A stretch of DNA of 64,000 nt. Origin: Vicugna vicugna. Its lineage: Eukaryota. Below are positions 12,651 to 26,130 of the stretch, piece by piece. The notes under the pieces are model-generated. The model saw only the letters and a list, made by a program, of their open reading frames with translations, did not search any database and was not told where the DNA came from. How positions within the stretch are numbered: position 1 is the first letter of the stretch; every line of letters begins with the position of its first letter. The position numbers and the translations under genes were made by a program. Where the stretch lies: the NCBI GenBank assembly GCA_013265495.1, contig MU058718.1:2565779-2629778 (forward strand), given 5' to 3'.

Positions 12651-15287
12651 AGTGGAGCTAGACCTAAAATCTACCTGCTCCTTGTCTGAAGCATGAGGTT
12701 GAGGAGCCCCAGTTCCTAATGAATAATGGAGAAAACCAACAGAGTTTAGAGGAGACATTTAATAAATATATTTAATACATCTCATAAATAATGTCATCTG
12801 GGAGGTTGAGAAAACTTCCTTATTTGAAACAGGATAGGCGAAACTCTAGGTTCTTCTAGGAAGGAGAGGTGGATTTAGGAAGATGGGGTGAGTCATCATC
12901 ATCTTTTATGTTGACTGTATAGTTGATGCTCAGTGGACACTTGTTGAATGAAAGGAGGAGAGAAAGTGATGGAGATATTTTAAAGTGGTGAAGAGGAAGT
13001 GTGGTTAGAGAGCAACATGAAGGTAGGGAGTCAAGAGGAAGAGGGCATTGCTGTAAAATTGGCTTGGCTGGCGCTATAATCATGAGCAAATCACGTTATG
13101 TCTCTGAATCTCCAGTGCCTCCTCTCTGTCATGGACATGATATATTACCTACCCGAAGGGAAGGTGTGGGCCAGGGGACTTGAGCTGCTCAGTTTTTGAG
13201 CATCAGTGATCTCAAACGAGTCCTTCTCTGTAGAATGAGAACTTTGAATGACATAACTTTTAATGGATCAACTCATTCTTAATATGCTGTGATTCATCTC
13301 TCTAGGCTTTTCAGAGGAGTTGGGGGCTGGCAGGAAGCCTGGATGGTGGGAGAAGCCCAGGCCAGTCTCTGGTGAATGATGGAGAGGTGCACATAGGGTG
13401 AGGAAGAGGGATCTGAGTAGAGATTAGGACCCAGCTAAGGTTGTAAGAACCCAGCCAGGCCCGGCAGCCTGAGACTATGAGTGGGGAGAGTCTAGGGCCA
13501 GAGAGACCCAAAGAAGGCTGATTACACTGGGAGACCTATGGGGCCAGACCCTGGGGTCCACCCTCTGCACGGAAAGAAATGAATCCAAAAGGAGGTTGGT
13601 GTTCCTAGAAAATGAAAGCGAGGCAGTGGGCGTTAACTGCTGTGTGGGAATTTGGTTCAAGTTTAGCCTAAAGAAGCAGAATTCTGAAAGTCAGTTCAGA
13701 GAAGGAGACATGAAGTGTAAGGTCTTGGAGATGAAAAGCTGCAGTCACTGTGTGGACTGGAACAGTTGTACTTGGAAGGAAGTGAAAAAAAAAAAAAAAA
13801 CCTGAGCTCTGATTGCAGTCAGTTAACAAGTTATGCAACCGTAGAAAAAGGAGTCCTGTCCGTGGAATAAAGTGCGATTCTACGGTTCTGTCTGTCTGTC
13901 AGCTTCCTTGGAAATGGGACAGTGGTGTTATAGCTCGTGGTAACATGATGCCAGAGAAATTCTGTATAAGGATAAAGAAGCAGCTGTCCATAGAAAATCT
14001 TAATTTTACCCTGCTTTACGGTACATCAGATGCATTATATGCTCCTGACCTTCCCTCCAGCAGAAGCAGGAGATAGATGGTGAGACAGAGAGGAAGCGAG
14101 AGAACTTCCCCAGAACACTGAAGGACCTACAAGGGACCATGCTTCCCACATCCTTCCTGCATCAGCTCACAGGGTGTGGCTTCCGGGGCTTGGCCAGTGT
14201 CCTTCAGTTATGTCTGCTCTCTCATGATCCCGCCCTATGCCTGCATGCCTTGGCAACAGAGTGAAAAATGAATGACCCTTCACCCAACTGCCCAGTTGGA
14301 CTGCCTTGAGCCACTACAACGGGCCTCCACCAAGGGCATCAGTAGGAGGGTGACCAGCTACTCCCTTAATGATGAGGAACCTGAGGGAAGGGAAGTGGAC
14401 AGGGAACCCAGCCCAGTGGTGGTCTGGGATACTCCTGCAGACAAAAGGGGGACCTCAGGCCCAGGTCTTTCATCCACAGGCTTCTGAACCACAGATTTTT
14501 ATATTTTGAATATTCCTTTCTCTGGGCTCTGTGCATTTGGATAGTTTAGAGTCTGCTGCATCCCAAGTTTTTAGCTTTTTTTTTTTAAAAAAAAAAACAA
14601 ACAAAAAAGGATGAAAGCCTTAAGATAGAGTAAGGAGGAAGATTCTCTTGTTGGCAGGGGATCAAATTCTTTTCTCTGGGGGAGGCCTGCTGTTGAGGGT
14701 GGGGTGGGTTCAGAAAAGTTGTAACGTGTTCTGGCTTTGGGCCCAACATTGTTGAAAAATGCTCAGAGGAGGCTCAGAGCACTTAGATTTTTGGCTTTAA
14801 AACTGTCTTTGTTTAGATGGTCAAATTTATTTAAATATTTTCTCAGAGACAATAAAATAAAAGAACTTGAATAGAAATTCTTTCCGTGAGACAAATTCTT
14901 TCCTAACCTAGGCTGACAAATTCCCTCTAAAATCACATTTGTGTCTTTATTCAGTATCACACAAGAGAAGAGAAATATATAGGACCAAGCTGAGTTTTAA
15001 TAGACTCCAGACTTTTTACAACAATAACAACCACCGTCATCTACTATTTGATGTTACTAATTGCTAGGTCTTAGATCCTGATCTAAGTATTTCATATACC
15101 TTATCTCATTTAATTTTTTTCAGCAATCTCCAAATTTAATACTATTTAGTACAAATTTAGTACTAAGGTGAGGAACCAGAGACTCAGACAGCTCAAGTCC
15201 ACCCACATACTAGGGTATTCTAGTAAGTGGTAGAATTTAGTTTGGATACAAACCTAAATCTGTTTGACTTCAAAGCCTGGTCTCTAT

Positions 15288-15492
15288 CAGTGGTATGCTG
15301 GCCAACAGCCGACTGCTGGCTCACTGGGAGGGAAGGGGAGGTCTGCTTTATAGCATTTGCCAGTTTCCTGTAGTGTAAATACCCCAACCATGGCTTATGT
15401 CAAGCTACCAACTTGACCTCACTGAGAACAGAGCTGGAAGAAATGCATAAAATCAACTCTTGCTGGTACCAGCCGCCTCCAGCACATCACAG
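15288..15492. mobile_element. MER63-like hAT element
   Basis: Inverted termini CAGTGGTATGCTGG and CCAGCACATCAC; internal gtgtaaataccccaaccatggc...caagctaccaac. Confidence 0.7.
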
Positions 15493-18044
15493 CTTCCCTT
15501 GTGTGCTATATTGTCATCAAATACATTTTGGAGCCTGGAGCGAACTTGTGTCACTCACCACTTAGTGACCAGGTCTGCAGTCTCTCTACTGTTCATATTC
15601 CCAAACATTTATTCTTATAGGACACTGAAACTGAGCCCTTACCCAGCCAGGCACTGCCCCACGGCTCTTCTCACCGAATTTTCCCTGCAGCCATTTTGGG
15701 GAGATTGTTGTTGTTTGCCTTATTTCACAAAGATGAGGAAACAGAAGCTCAGAGTGCTCAGATGATTTGGTGAAGGTCACGAAGCCCACAAGTGAGTGAG
15801 GTATGGCAGACTGAGGCTGGACCTGAGTCTGTGCGTCCTGTAGATGATGCACTTTTGGGGAGGAGCTGGGAAATAAATAGGAGGCTGGAGAGAAGTGATG
15901 TTTGCCAAGCAAGGTTGGACAGAGATGAAGTTTTATGTATATGATGCCAATAAATAAATAAATAAATAAAGCTATCCGTCACTGGGTATCTGGGTGATAG
16001 CAAACATTGGAATGCTTGGCTGTGTTTTAGTTTTTATATTCTGTATTATCTTGAGAAAGCACCGGTGGTACAGTAGAAGTATGTGGAGGAATGGAAGGGT
16101 CTGGATTGAATCTACCTTCAGCAAGATCAGTGCTTGGATGTGTTCCTTGACCCTTCCTAGCTTTGACTGTTTCATTTCTAAAATGGTTGAACAGACCTCA
16201 AAGGAGACAATGTAAGTTAGTGGCATTTATAATCCAAATGTTTATGTGATAGTAAGTTTCGGGGTGGAACAGACCCAGCTAGACAGAATGAACTTCCTTT
16301 TGTTCACAGCCTTTGAGCTTTCAGGAAAAATGTTAGAAGTTGAAAATTTGCTCTATTCTTGTGTAATTTGAGGATCTGATGATTAAAAAATGATTTTTTT
16401 AATCTTCAGGGGCTCTAAAAATATATCCAAAAGAAGTATATTTTTCATGGAATTAAAAAGTTGTGAACTTATGGATGAATGTCTAGAACCAATCTTCTCC
16501 AGGAGAATTTGGTCCAGTTGTTCTTACTGTTTCTTAGACTCTTTGGTTCTTGCTGATTTTAGGATGAGGTTAAAAAAGCCACTTGACACTAGATGGACAA
16601 AACTGTTGTTCCTGGTCCCTGCTTAAAGCTGTTACTCTACATTCACTTTACACGGAAACGGTAGGTATAGCTACCCAAAGGCTTATGAGAGTTTTCTCAT
16701 ACATTGATACGTGCAAGTCACAAGCAGTCTTAGGTTAAGTCTTGATACTTAAGAAATTAAATCCTGTACATTTTCCTTTGACCAGAAGGAATGTTGAGAA
16801 AGAAAAGTATGGCTCTGTTTCCCCATGGATGTGATAAAGTCTGAGACTTGCAAAAGAGCTTAAGTAGTACAACTTGTGTAAGAAGAATTCTTTGGGTGCA
16901 GTTAGTATAAACAAAGGGTCCTTGGCACGAACAGAGAACTAAGCAGCTGCAAGAGATTTGCTTAGAAAACCAAAAGATTAAATACTCCTAGAAGAGAGAG
17001 AGGAAATACCCACTAAGGTCTCTGATATTTTGCTTTTCTTTCCTACTTCTCAATAGCCTTCTAAGATTAAATATGCCTGTCTAACAAAAAACCAAAATCA
17101 AAACAACAACAAAAACCCTCTTCTACTTGAGAATAACCATATTGTCAGCATTTTCCCTTTATTTCCCTAGATTTAAACAAGCATGGGGGTCTAAGGTTAA
17201 GTCACAAGATACAAATCACTTACTTTCCCTTGCTTATCTGTTCTTTATGAAATCATTCATAAAAGGACACTGATAGTAATTTAACCCCCATGAGAATATT
17301 ATGAATTAATAGGAGTGATTGATGCAGAAAGGAATTGCCTTTAAGTGAAATAATTAGAAGTACCTACCAAAACCAGTTTATTATGGAAAGCCCTGGGGAG
17401 CAATAGTGCAGTGTAATAAATTTCTCTGCAGTCTTGCTATTCCTTATGATAGAGAAGCTACACGTATGCCAAGTTTCTTAAGACAGAAACATGAAATTAA
17501 CTGGGCTTTGTTTTTTATTTCCACATAATTCATATATCTTTCTAAAATAGTCCTTATTGCTGCAACGGAATTCTTAGTTCAGAGCTTGGAAGTGTGCAAT
17601 GTATGATTTCGTCAGAAGTTTGCACAACTTCAAAATTTTACTATGATATACTAGAAGTACTAATTACTATTATGTTCACAGATATGGAATTGTCAAAATG
17701 TGACTTTTTGGACTTAAAATCAGATAAATTTCTGTTTCATTAGAAAATATAACACAAGGCAACTGAATGCCACAATGAAGAAAGGTGTCCAATACTATTA
17801 AGTAATTAAAAGCACGTTTTCAAACAGTATGTATAAAATACCACCATTTTAGCACTTGCATAAGTATTTTATATATATATATTAGTATATGTGGAGGAAT
17901 ACACACTAAGGTGTTAACAGTAGCTATGATTAGAAAGTAAAATTATTAAAGGAAACTTCTGTATTCAATGTAACATATTTCTGTAACATTTAAATTTTTT
18001 ATGTATGACATTTGAAATCAGAAAAGACTATTTTAAAAATCTGT

Positions 18045-18820
18045 ATATACAGATGGCAAATAAGCATATGGAAAGATCCTCAACATCATTAATAATGAGA
18101 GAAATACAAGTTAAAACCACTATGGGGTACTACAACATACCTATCAATCACAATGGCTGAAGTAAACAATAGTGGCAACATAAATGCTGGAAATGACGCG
18201 GAAAAACCATGTCATTTATACATTGCTGAGGGGAATGTAAAATGGTACTACTACCCTGGAAAACAGTTTGGCAGTTTGTTATAAAGTTAAACATCCCCTT
18301 AGCATCTGACCCAGACATTGCACTCCTAGGGCAAAAGAAAGAAAAACTTATTTTCCCACAAACACCTGCATGTGAATGTTTATAGCTGCTTTATTTGTGA
18401 TCAGCAACATCTGGAAACAGCTCAAAGTCCTTCAGCTAGTGAGTGGATAAAGAAACCCTGGTATACCCATGAAATGGACTATTCAGCAGTAAAAATAAAG
18501 TATGGATTCATGTCCCAGCGTAGATGAATCAAATGCATTATGCTTAGTGAAAGAAATCCGACTCAAATAGCTATATGATTTCATTCATATGGCATTCTGG
18601 AAATAGTACAATGCTAGGGTTGGAGAAGAAATTAGCGGTGTCCAGGGCTGAGGGGCTGGGTGAGGACAGTGGATACTCTAGGCAGTGTTTTTGGGTGATG
18701 GGACTGTCTCTTGATTGTGGTGGCAATCATACAGCTCTAGGCATTTGTTGACACTCATAGAACTGTACACCAAAAAAATGCAATTTACTATATATACACA
18801 TTTAAAAATAACTTAAAAAA
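18045..18820 (+). mobile_element. Old L1 (L1MC/L1ME-like) end of ORF2 and 3' UTR
   Basis: acagatggcaaataagcatatggaaagatcctcaacatcatt...aaacagtttggcagtt...actcatagaactgtacac. Confidence 0.8.
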
Positions 18821-21800
18821 AGAAAAATATAATTGAAAACAAGATCTAATTAATGTTTTATTTTTTAAAAAATCTCTCTCTCCGCAAATCTTTACTCATC
18901 CTGTCAATTTTCTGGGTCAACTTGAGAGACTGCTTTTAAATTGACAACTTACTTCTCAAGGAGAGATTGGGAGTTCAGAGCCACCACTTGCAAACCCTCT
19001 GGGTGAATGCAAACTGTGTGAAGTGTAGGTCAGTGGTCAGTTTTTCAGGAGTGGACGATACAGATTTCGGAGGATGGACGTCCATTAAGACTTTAACCCC
19101 CTTCACACCTGAGGGTTGCCTTTCCCACCCACCACTTAAGATGCAAACGGTCGTTTGATCCTATTTGTCTTAAGTTCCTATACTCCTTCTTTGTTTTACT
19201 GAAACCATGAGTAAAGAAGTCCTTTGAGGGCCACAAGGAGCAAGGTTCTCTCTCCTCTGACAACTTTGTGGACCCTAACTCTGTATATCTGCCTGGGCTC
19301 CGAAATGTAGAATCAAACACTTAGGTAGGCAGCCTGAAAATAATCTCTTTAGCAGTCAGCGTGGTATTTGCCAAATATAAGCAATGTTTTCAATTATATT
19401 TTTCCTTTAAGTTTATGTGTATTATGGAAGGGCAGTTAAAAAAAAAAAAAGAGGAAAAGAAGGCGGAGGAGAAAGAGAAAACAGAACAATAAAATCTGAT
19501 GGCCTGAGGCCGGAAGGCTGCGTTTTTCTTGGTCGCGTCCACTTTCCAGCTCAGCCTAGAAATGCAGCCTGTCCTAGTCACATAGCTGATTAATGAGTCA
19601 GGCTTGGCAAACTGGGGTTTGTAAATAGAAGAGGCCGAAACAGATCATTCCATGTAAATAAGTCTTTAAAATGGCACCCGAAGTAATGGTTATGATGTAC
19701 CAGATGTTCTTAGTGAAGTGACCACTTCACAGAACAGCTCACCCGGGAGTCTAAACTGAAGAAAGCGCCCTTCCCCAGATGCCTCATTTCATTTCCCTTC
19801 TTGTAACAGAACACCTTTCCCCTCCTGTCAGAAAATAACACTGGGGAGCTAGCCCGCTGCTTTTGTGATTCTTCTGTTCCCTGTGGCTGCCAGATGCTTC
19901 AATTAAGGGCTAAAATGGGGTCTTTTTTCAACCCAAACTATCAAGTGAATACTTCCACATCGAAGACAAGTGGATCAGGCTCTATGAAGCCCTTCCTGTA
20001 TACTTTGCCTTCGAAGAGACAGCAGCCAGCGAGCTCAGCCAAGAGGGCATCACCAGTGCTTTGACTAATCTGAGAGAGGGCGCTTCTTCTCAGCATCTCC
20101 GTTTATCCCTAGCTTGGCATGGGGCAGAAAGGGCTGGAGCTTTGGCCTGGGAACTTGGAGACTCAATTCTGTTCTTGCTGTGATGTGTGAACAAGGGACT
20201 GAAACTTTCCGAGTCAGAGTTTTGTCACTTAAATAAGAGGATTTGATTACAGGATTTCTCATAAGGCTAGGAGTCTATGAAGTAAGAAGGGAAAGATGCG
20301 TAAAACCCAGTGAGATCAAATCAGCGATGGAGCTCAAAGAACACACAGTGCCTAGGACTCTTCGCGAATCATTAACTCACCTGTTTATCAGGACCCCACT
20401 CATTCAACCTACAGGATCAAAATTAAAGAAGTGGCAAGGGGAGACCAAGGACACTATTAAAGGGGGACAATTTAGAAAGATGGAGATGTTTAAAGTTCTA
20501 GGGCACATGGCATAATGATGTTAAAATCTCCGGTTTTCAGGTCAGCATGCCCAGGGTTGAATTTTAGCCCTACTTGGTAGCTGTGTATCCTTAGCCAAGT
20601 TGCTTCTCTGGGTCTCAGATCATCAGATGTAAAAGAGATAATAATATTATTTTCCTCAAAGAGTTGCCATGAGGATTAAAGGAATAATGCATGCTTGCCT
20701 GGATCATGAAATACTTGAAGTAGATTGCCAGTACTGCTGCTGCTGCTAGTATACGGTGAGTGATACGCCCCAGAACCACACAGAGCAGTGGCGGGGTGCG
20801 AGGGAGTGACAAAGGTACCAGACTTGGCACCCCACATCTAGGGTTTTAGTTCATGATAACACAGAGACAAGACCGTGCCCACAGATAAATTCCACGGTGT
20901 AAATTACTTTGAGCACATACTTCCATTTACTAGCTGGGCGACTTTTGGCCACGTCACCCAATCTCTCTGAGACTCGGTCTCCCCTTGAGGATGCTAATGC
21001 TTGTCTCTCAGGGTGTTGGAATGAAAAGCATGAGCTGATTAATGCATGTGAAATCGTGCACTGTAAACCACAAACTCCTCTGCTGATAATAAGGATTGTT
21101 ACGAGCTAGTAAGATTATGAATGAAATCCTACTTGACAGAAGTCTTTCTAAAATGCTACATCCATTTCTCCGACATGTATTTGCATTCTTTCGATGACTC
21201 CGGGTTATCTTCAGGAACAAGTATTACTGGAAAATGAAACGTACCTGTCTGTGGCGCTTTACCCTTTTAACCTGTTTTTACATACGTAACCTCCTTTCAG
21301 TCCCACAACGTGAAAGGTGCGTAAGCTGTTTATCCCCATACTGACCCTGTGTTTAGTTCTAATCAGCATCTTCTTTCCCAGCTGCTGTGACCTGGCCCCT
21401 TCTCCCACTTCTCTTCACTCATACCAGGTAGTTATTGTTGGAAGCAGACGTAAGAATAATGTCAAACATTCATCCTGTTCAAGGGGGGCCTTTGAACAGG
21501 GAAGGAGCACATTCAGGTATGTTAGGAAGCTTGCTTACAGCAGTTGAAATTGGATAGACTGGAACATGTCGGCTAAGTCGGGACAGATTAGAGTGTTATT
21601 TAATGACAAGGAAAAGTGGTACCTGGACTTGAATGATGGCAGAGAGAATTGGAAGGGGACAAAAGATTAATGAGACTAGGAGGCAAGGAAATAAATCTAG
21701 AGAAACTTATTCATTCAATAAGTATCTGTTGAACATTTACTGTGTGTCAGATACTATATTAGGGGCAGGGAACACATCAGCGAGTAAAACAGACAAAATC

Positions 21801-22914
21801 CTGATCTCTGTGAATTTGTGGTCTGTGGCATTCATCAAGTAATGGATGAGTAATTGGATGTAAATAAAAAAGGACAGCAAGAAGTCAAATAGAGGCGACT
21901 GAGGTTTCCAGCTTGAGTGTTTGGGGGAATGGCCGTGCAGTTGACAGAGATGGAAGGGCAGGGGGAGGGCTGGGTTGGTGTGAAAGGTGACATATTCAGC
22001 ATTAAGTACAATGAACTTGGGGAATTGGTATCTAATTAAAATGCTTTCCTCAAATGCAATGAGCTCAGGATTAACTCTTGGGCTTTGTGACTGGCACCAT
22101 GTGATCTATGTAGAGTTGTACAGTTTAGTCAATGTTTGATTAAAGAGACACCCCAGTTGGACTGGAGACACTTACTGATTCCTGGTCCCAAACTGTAGGA
22201 GGCATTTTTCTTATAAACGTTATATGAGAAAAACCCACTAAAATAGACAATATTTTAAAATCTAGTTTTATAAAAAGATACTGAAATGTTTATCAAGTTG
22301 ACTTTTCTCATCAAGACCTTCCATAAAAGCTGAAAGCATAAAATTAAATCTTAGTCAAGGTATGTTTTGGAAGCTGTAAGCTAGCATAATCGTAGTAAAT
22401 TATTTTTTAATGATGTAACTTCATACAAGGATGGAATTTAGAGACTATAGCCTGTAGACTGTGTTTCAAATATCAGATGTATCCAGGAAACTATTGCTGA
22501 GGGCAGATTTTGGTTAATTTTTGATTCTCTGCCTGGCACCTGACACAGAAATATGCAGTGTAGCTCATCAGAGAAGGCCCTGTAGGCCACAGATATAGAC
22601 TAACAGAGTTGCCATGCCACTGGGAAATTTTAGAAGCCTTACTTATTATTTTTTCCCAGGCAGGAATCATTCTACTTCCTTGCAGAAGTAGGCCCCAGAG
22701 CTGCTAAGATCATATCCTCTCCACCCTGAAAGTATATTGAGTCTCCTAAGACTCTTAAAGGGTTTGTCTAAACCTTACTGCTCTGTGTCATAAGCTATAG
22801 AAGAGACACTTTTATCTTAAAAAAATATTGAAACCAGGTTCAAACAATTAGTCACTTATAAACAGGTTTCTCTTAAGTCAAAGTGACTAGCATAAGCTAT
22901 AAGGTGTCTATAGA

Positions 22915-23075
22915 ACAGTGGTTTTCAGCCTAAGCTATATTTTGAATCATCTTGATAATTTTGTAATATACTGATACCTGAGTCTGATTCCAGGAGTTCT
23001 GTTTTAATTGGTCTTTGAAAGTTAAAAGATTCCCCAGGTGATACTGACATGCAGCTAGTGTTGAGAGCCACAGCT
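22915..23075. mobile_element. MER5-like hAT element
   Basis: cagtggttttca...tccccaggtgatactgacatgcagc...ttgagagccac. Confidence 0.7.
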
Positions 23076-23756
23076 GGAGAACATCTGATTTGGAGTAAGA
23101 CTTCATCCCAGGGGGCCAGGCCAACATAATCTGGCTGAAAAATTCAGGTCCAAATAAGCGGACCTATTAGACAGACGTTTACTAGGACTTCATGCTAAAT
23201 TGGTGCTTTTCACTTTGATACATTTACTGTCACCTGGCTTAGGGCTAGTCTAGGGATGTAGCTGTTTCTAAGGTCTGCTCCAGCTTCTTGGTAATAAAAC
23301 CATGCCATCAGTGCAGAGGAGGGGGCTCCTTTTGCACTTGACTTTGGCAGTAGAAATGCACCCTAGCCAATGCATGGAGTATCTTTATCAGGTTACATGT
23401 CCATGGTTAAAAAAAAATAGACAAAGAGGGCAGCCAGCGGCCATAGCCCACTTTACATCATTTAGAATTTGGGAGCTTATTCTTACCCATGCTAATCTTG
23501 GTAGGACTATTACAGGATGAACAAACAAGAGTAGTGTTTGATATGGACATTCTACTACTTGGAGACTCTATCATTGGGGAATGAATTATAATGGGATCAA
23601 AGGTTGAGAAGATTTTGTAGCCTTTACAGTTCTGTCTTTTCTTAATTTATTTGTGGTGGTTGTTTCTTTACTTTTCATTAATTAATTAATTAATTTTTTA
23701 TTGAAGTGGTTGTAATTTCTGATGTTCATGCTTAGAGGGTTTCTGGCTCATTTTGG

Positions 23757-23885
23757 TTTTTTTTTTTTTTTTTTTGCATGGGAGGGGAGGTAATAGCTTT
23801 GTTTATTTTTTTAATGGCGATACTGGACCCAGTATCTTGTGTGTGCTAAGTATGCGCTCTACCACTGAGCTATACCCTCTCCCCA
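23757..23885 (-). mobile_element. tRNA-derived SINE
   Basis: T-tract followed by gtgtgctaagtatgcgctctaccactgagctataccc; flanking direct repeat TGGCTCATTTTGG. Confidence 0.88.
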
Positions 23886-25518
23886 ATTTTTGGCTCATTT
23901 TGGACTTCACAGTCAAGTTGGATGGCTTATCAATCAGGCTCCGGTCACAGCCACTTGGAGCATAACTATACTGATGTTCAAAGTGGCCTGTGAGGCATCA
24001 GAGCCTAGCTCAGCTACTGCTAGCTCTGTAGCCTGAGCAAGTGAGTTAAATTCTCAGGATCTCATTTTTCCTATCTCGTAGGGTTTTTGCAAGGATTGCA
24101 AATAATATATTTCAGTGTCTACTGCAAAATGCTCAGTAAATTATAGCTGTTAACATCTCCAAATGTAGATTGCAAACTCCTGAAGGGTATTGGGTCATGT
24201 TTTCTCTACCAAGTTTAGATACTTACAATTCTCTAAGCATGCATCAGATGGGATTCAATGAGGACAACACAATTCCAACTTTATAAATGATAGGGAATAA
24301 TAGAACTACCGTATCTTTATCAGGCTTACCAGATTAGAGGAAAAGTGATGAGTCTACTAGAGAATTATATTCATAGTCTTAGGACATTAAAAGCTTGGGT
24401 CCTGGAGTCAGACTGCCTGGGTTTGAATTCTGGTTTCAACCCTCACTGGCTGAGTTTGTGACTAAATTGCTTATTCCCTCTCAGCTCAGTTTATTGATCT
24501 GCAAATTGGACGTGGCCAACGGATTGATGAAATAAGGCACATCCAGTCCTTAACTAGAACCTGGTACATTATAAAGGTTAAATTAGGCCTTGCTATTATT
24601 ATTTTTGGCTTTATTAGCTTTGTTCTGACTCATCTACTGACTTCTGGAGGAAGCAACAATGGCCAGCAGGTCACATGCAGCAGAAACGAGGTGACTCAAT
24701 TCGGTAAGAAGCACAGGATGTCTAGGAAAGCAGCACAGCTGAAGCCAAGGACAACAGCCTCTGGAAACACGGCCACAGCCACTACCCGGTGGAGACTGTG
24801 CGCACTGAGATCACCCCGGGCAGTCACTCAATTCTTTAGAAGTTGACCGGCCCTTATTTATTCAGCACTGTGTTAGACGTCTGAGTCTTAAAGGAAGTGC
24901 AAACCAGAACCTTTGAGGAACTTGCAGCCTGGGTAGGGAGAGAAGTCTTTGTGAAGGAGCTGGATGCTGGGTTATAGTAACTAAGTGCTAACTTGTGTGG
25001 TTCGGCCTGTGCTTGCTGGAGGAGTTACAGGAGAGCAAGCGATATTGGCCTTTCTGCACCATTCTTCCTGTAGGAATATAATGCCATTAACCAGAACACC
25101 TTAAGTATAATCAGCAGTGGGAATTTTGTCTACCAACATAAAAGCCACATCTTTTCATTCCTATTTTCCCAGCAACAATCCAGAATATAACTAATATGTG
25201 AAGAATCAGGGAGTGGGTTATTCAGGAAAAAGTATAGGAGTTAAGAAAGATTTCTTTGCAACATGTCATCCCCATTGACATCAACAGCAGTTTACTAAAC
25301 AGCCCAGAAGGTGGTACCAGGTACTGTGCTAGACCCATGAGATGTAGAATGAGGAAGACCCTATCCTGTCCCCAAGCGTCGTTTCATATCCTAGTGGCCA
25401 CGTAGGATTATCAAGACCTGTGTATTTTTCTGTGCTCAGGCTTGTGGTAAAAAACAGTCTAAAAGAAATATACTGAGTAGATAGGAGTACTTAAGAAAAA
25501 AAGAAGGCAGAAGTGTGC

Positions 25519-26130
25519 CGTTACAGAAAAACTACCCTCCTGGGGCCCTTTAACCAGGTGAAGGTGACACATGAAAATGTTGGGCACAAGAGGATGGTCG
25601 CGTCCTAGTTCTTGGCCAAGTCCCTGGGATGTGGCCTGCCAAGTGAGGACCCTTAGCTTCACGCAGGAAAGAATTCAAGAGAGAGCCATAGTAGAGTAAA
25701 AGTAGATTTACTCAGAGAGATGCACACTCCATAGACAGTGTGCGGGCTATTTCTGATGGCGAGAGAGTAAGAGAGGCCAAGAGGCATGGTGGTGGTAGTT
25801 TTTATGGGCTTGGTAGCTTCATACGCTAACAAGTGGAAGGTTTATTCCAACTACTTTGGGGAAGAGGCTGGGATTCCTGGGAACTGGGCCACCGCCCACT
25901 TTCTGACCTTTTATGGTCAGCCTCAGAACTGTCATGGCACCTGTGGAAGTGCCATTGCCATGCTAATATATTACAGTGAGCGTATAATAAAGCTCAAGGT
26001 CCACTGGAAGCTAAATCTCCCACTGTCTTGGACCTCAAGTTCTACTGGAGTTGAATTTTCCACCATCTTGGTGCTAATTGCTGTGTCTTTCCTTTAATGG
26101 CTGTGCCCTGCGCCCTGCCTTCCAGTCTCA
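25519..26130 (-). mobile_element. ERV1 solo LTR, MER41-like
   Basis: ~610-bp element from (c)GTTACA to ...CTCA; motifs aggaaagaattcaagagagagcc, ggaactgggccaccgcccacttt and aactgtcatggcacctg resemble cetartiodactyl MER41-type LTRs; appears to interrupt an L2. Confidence 0.75.
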
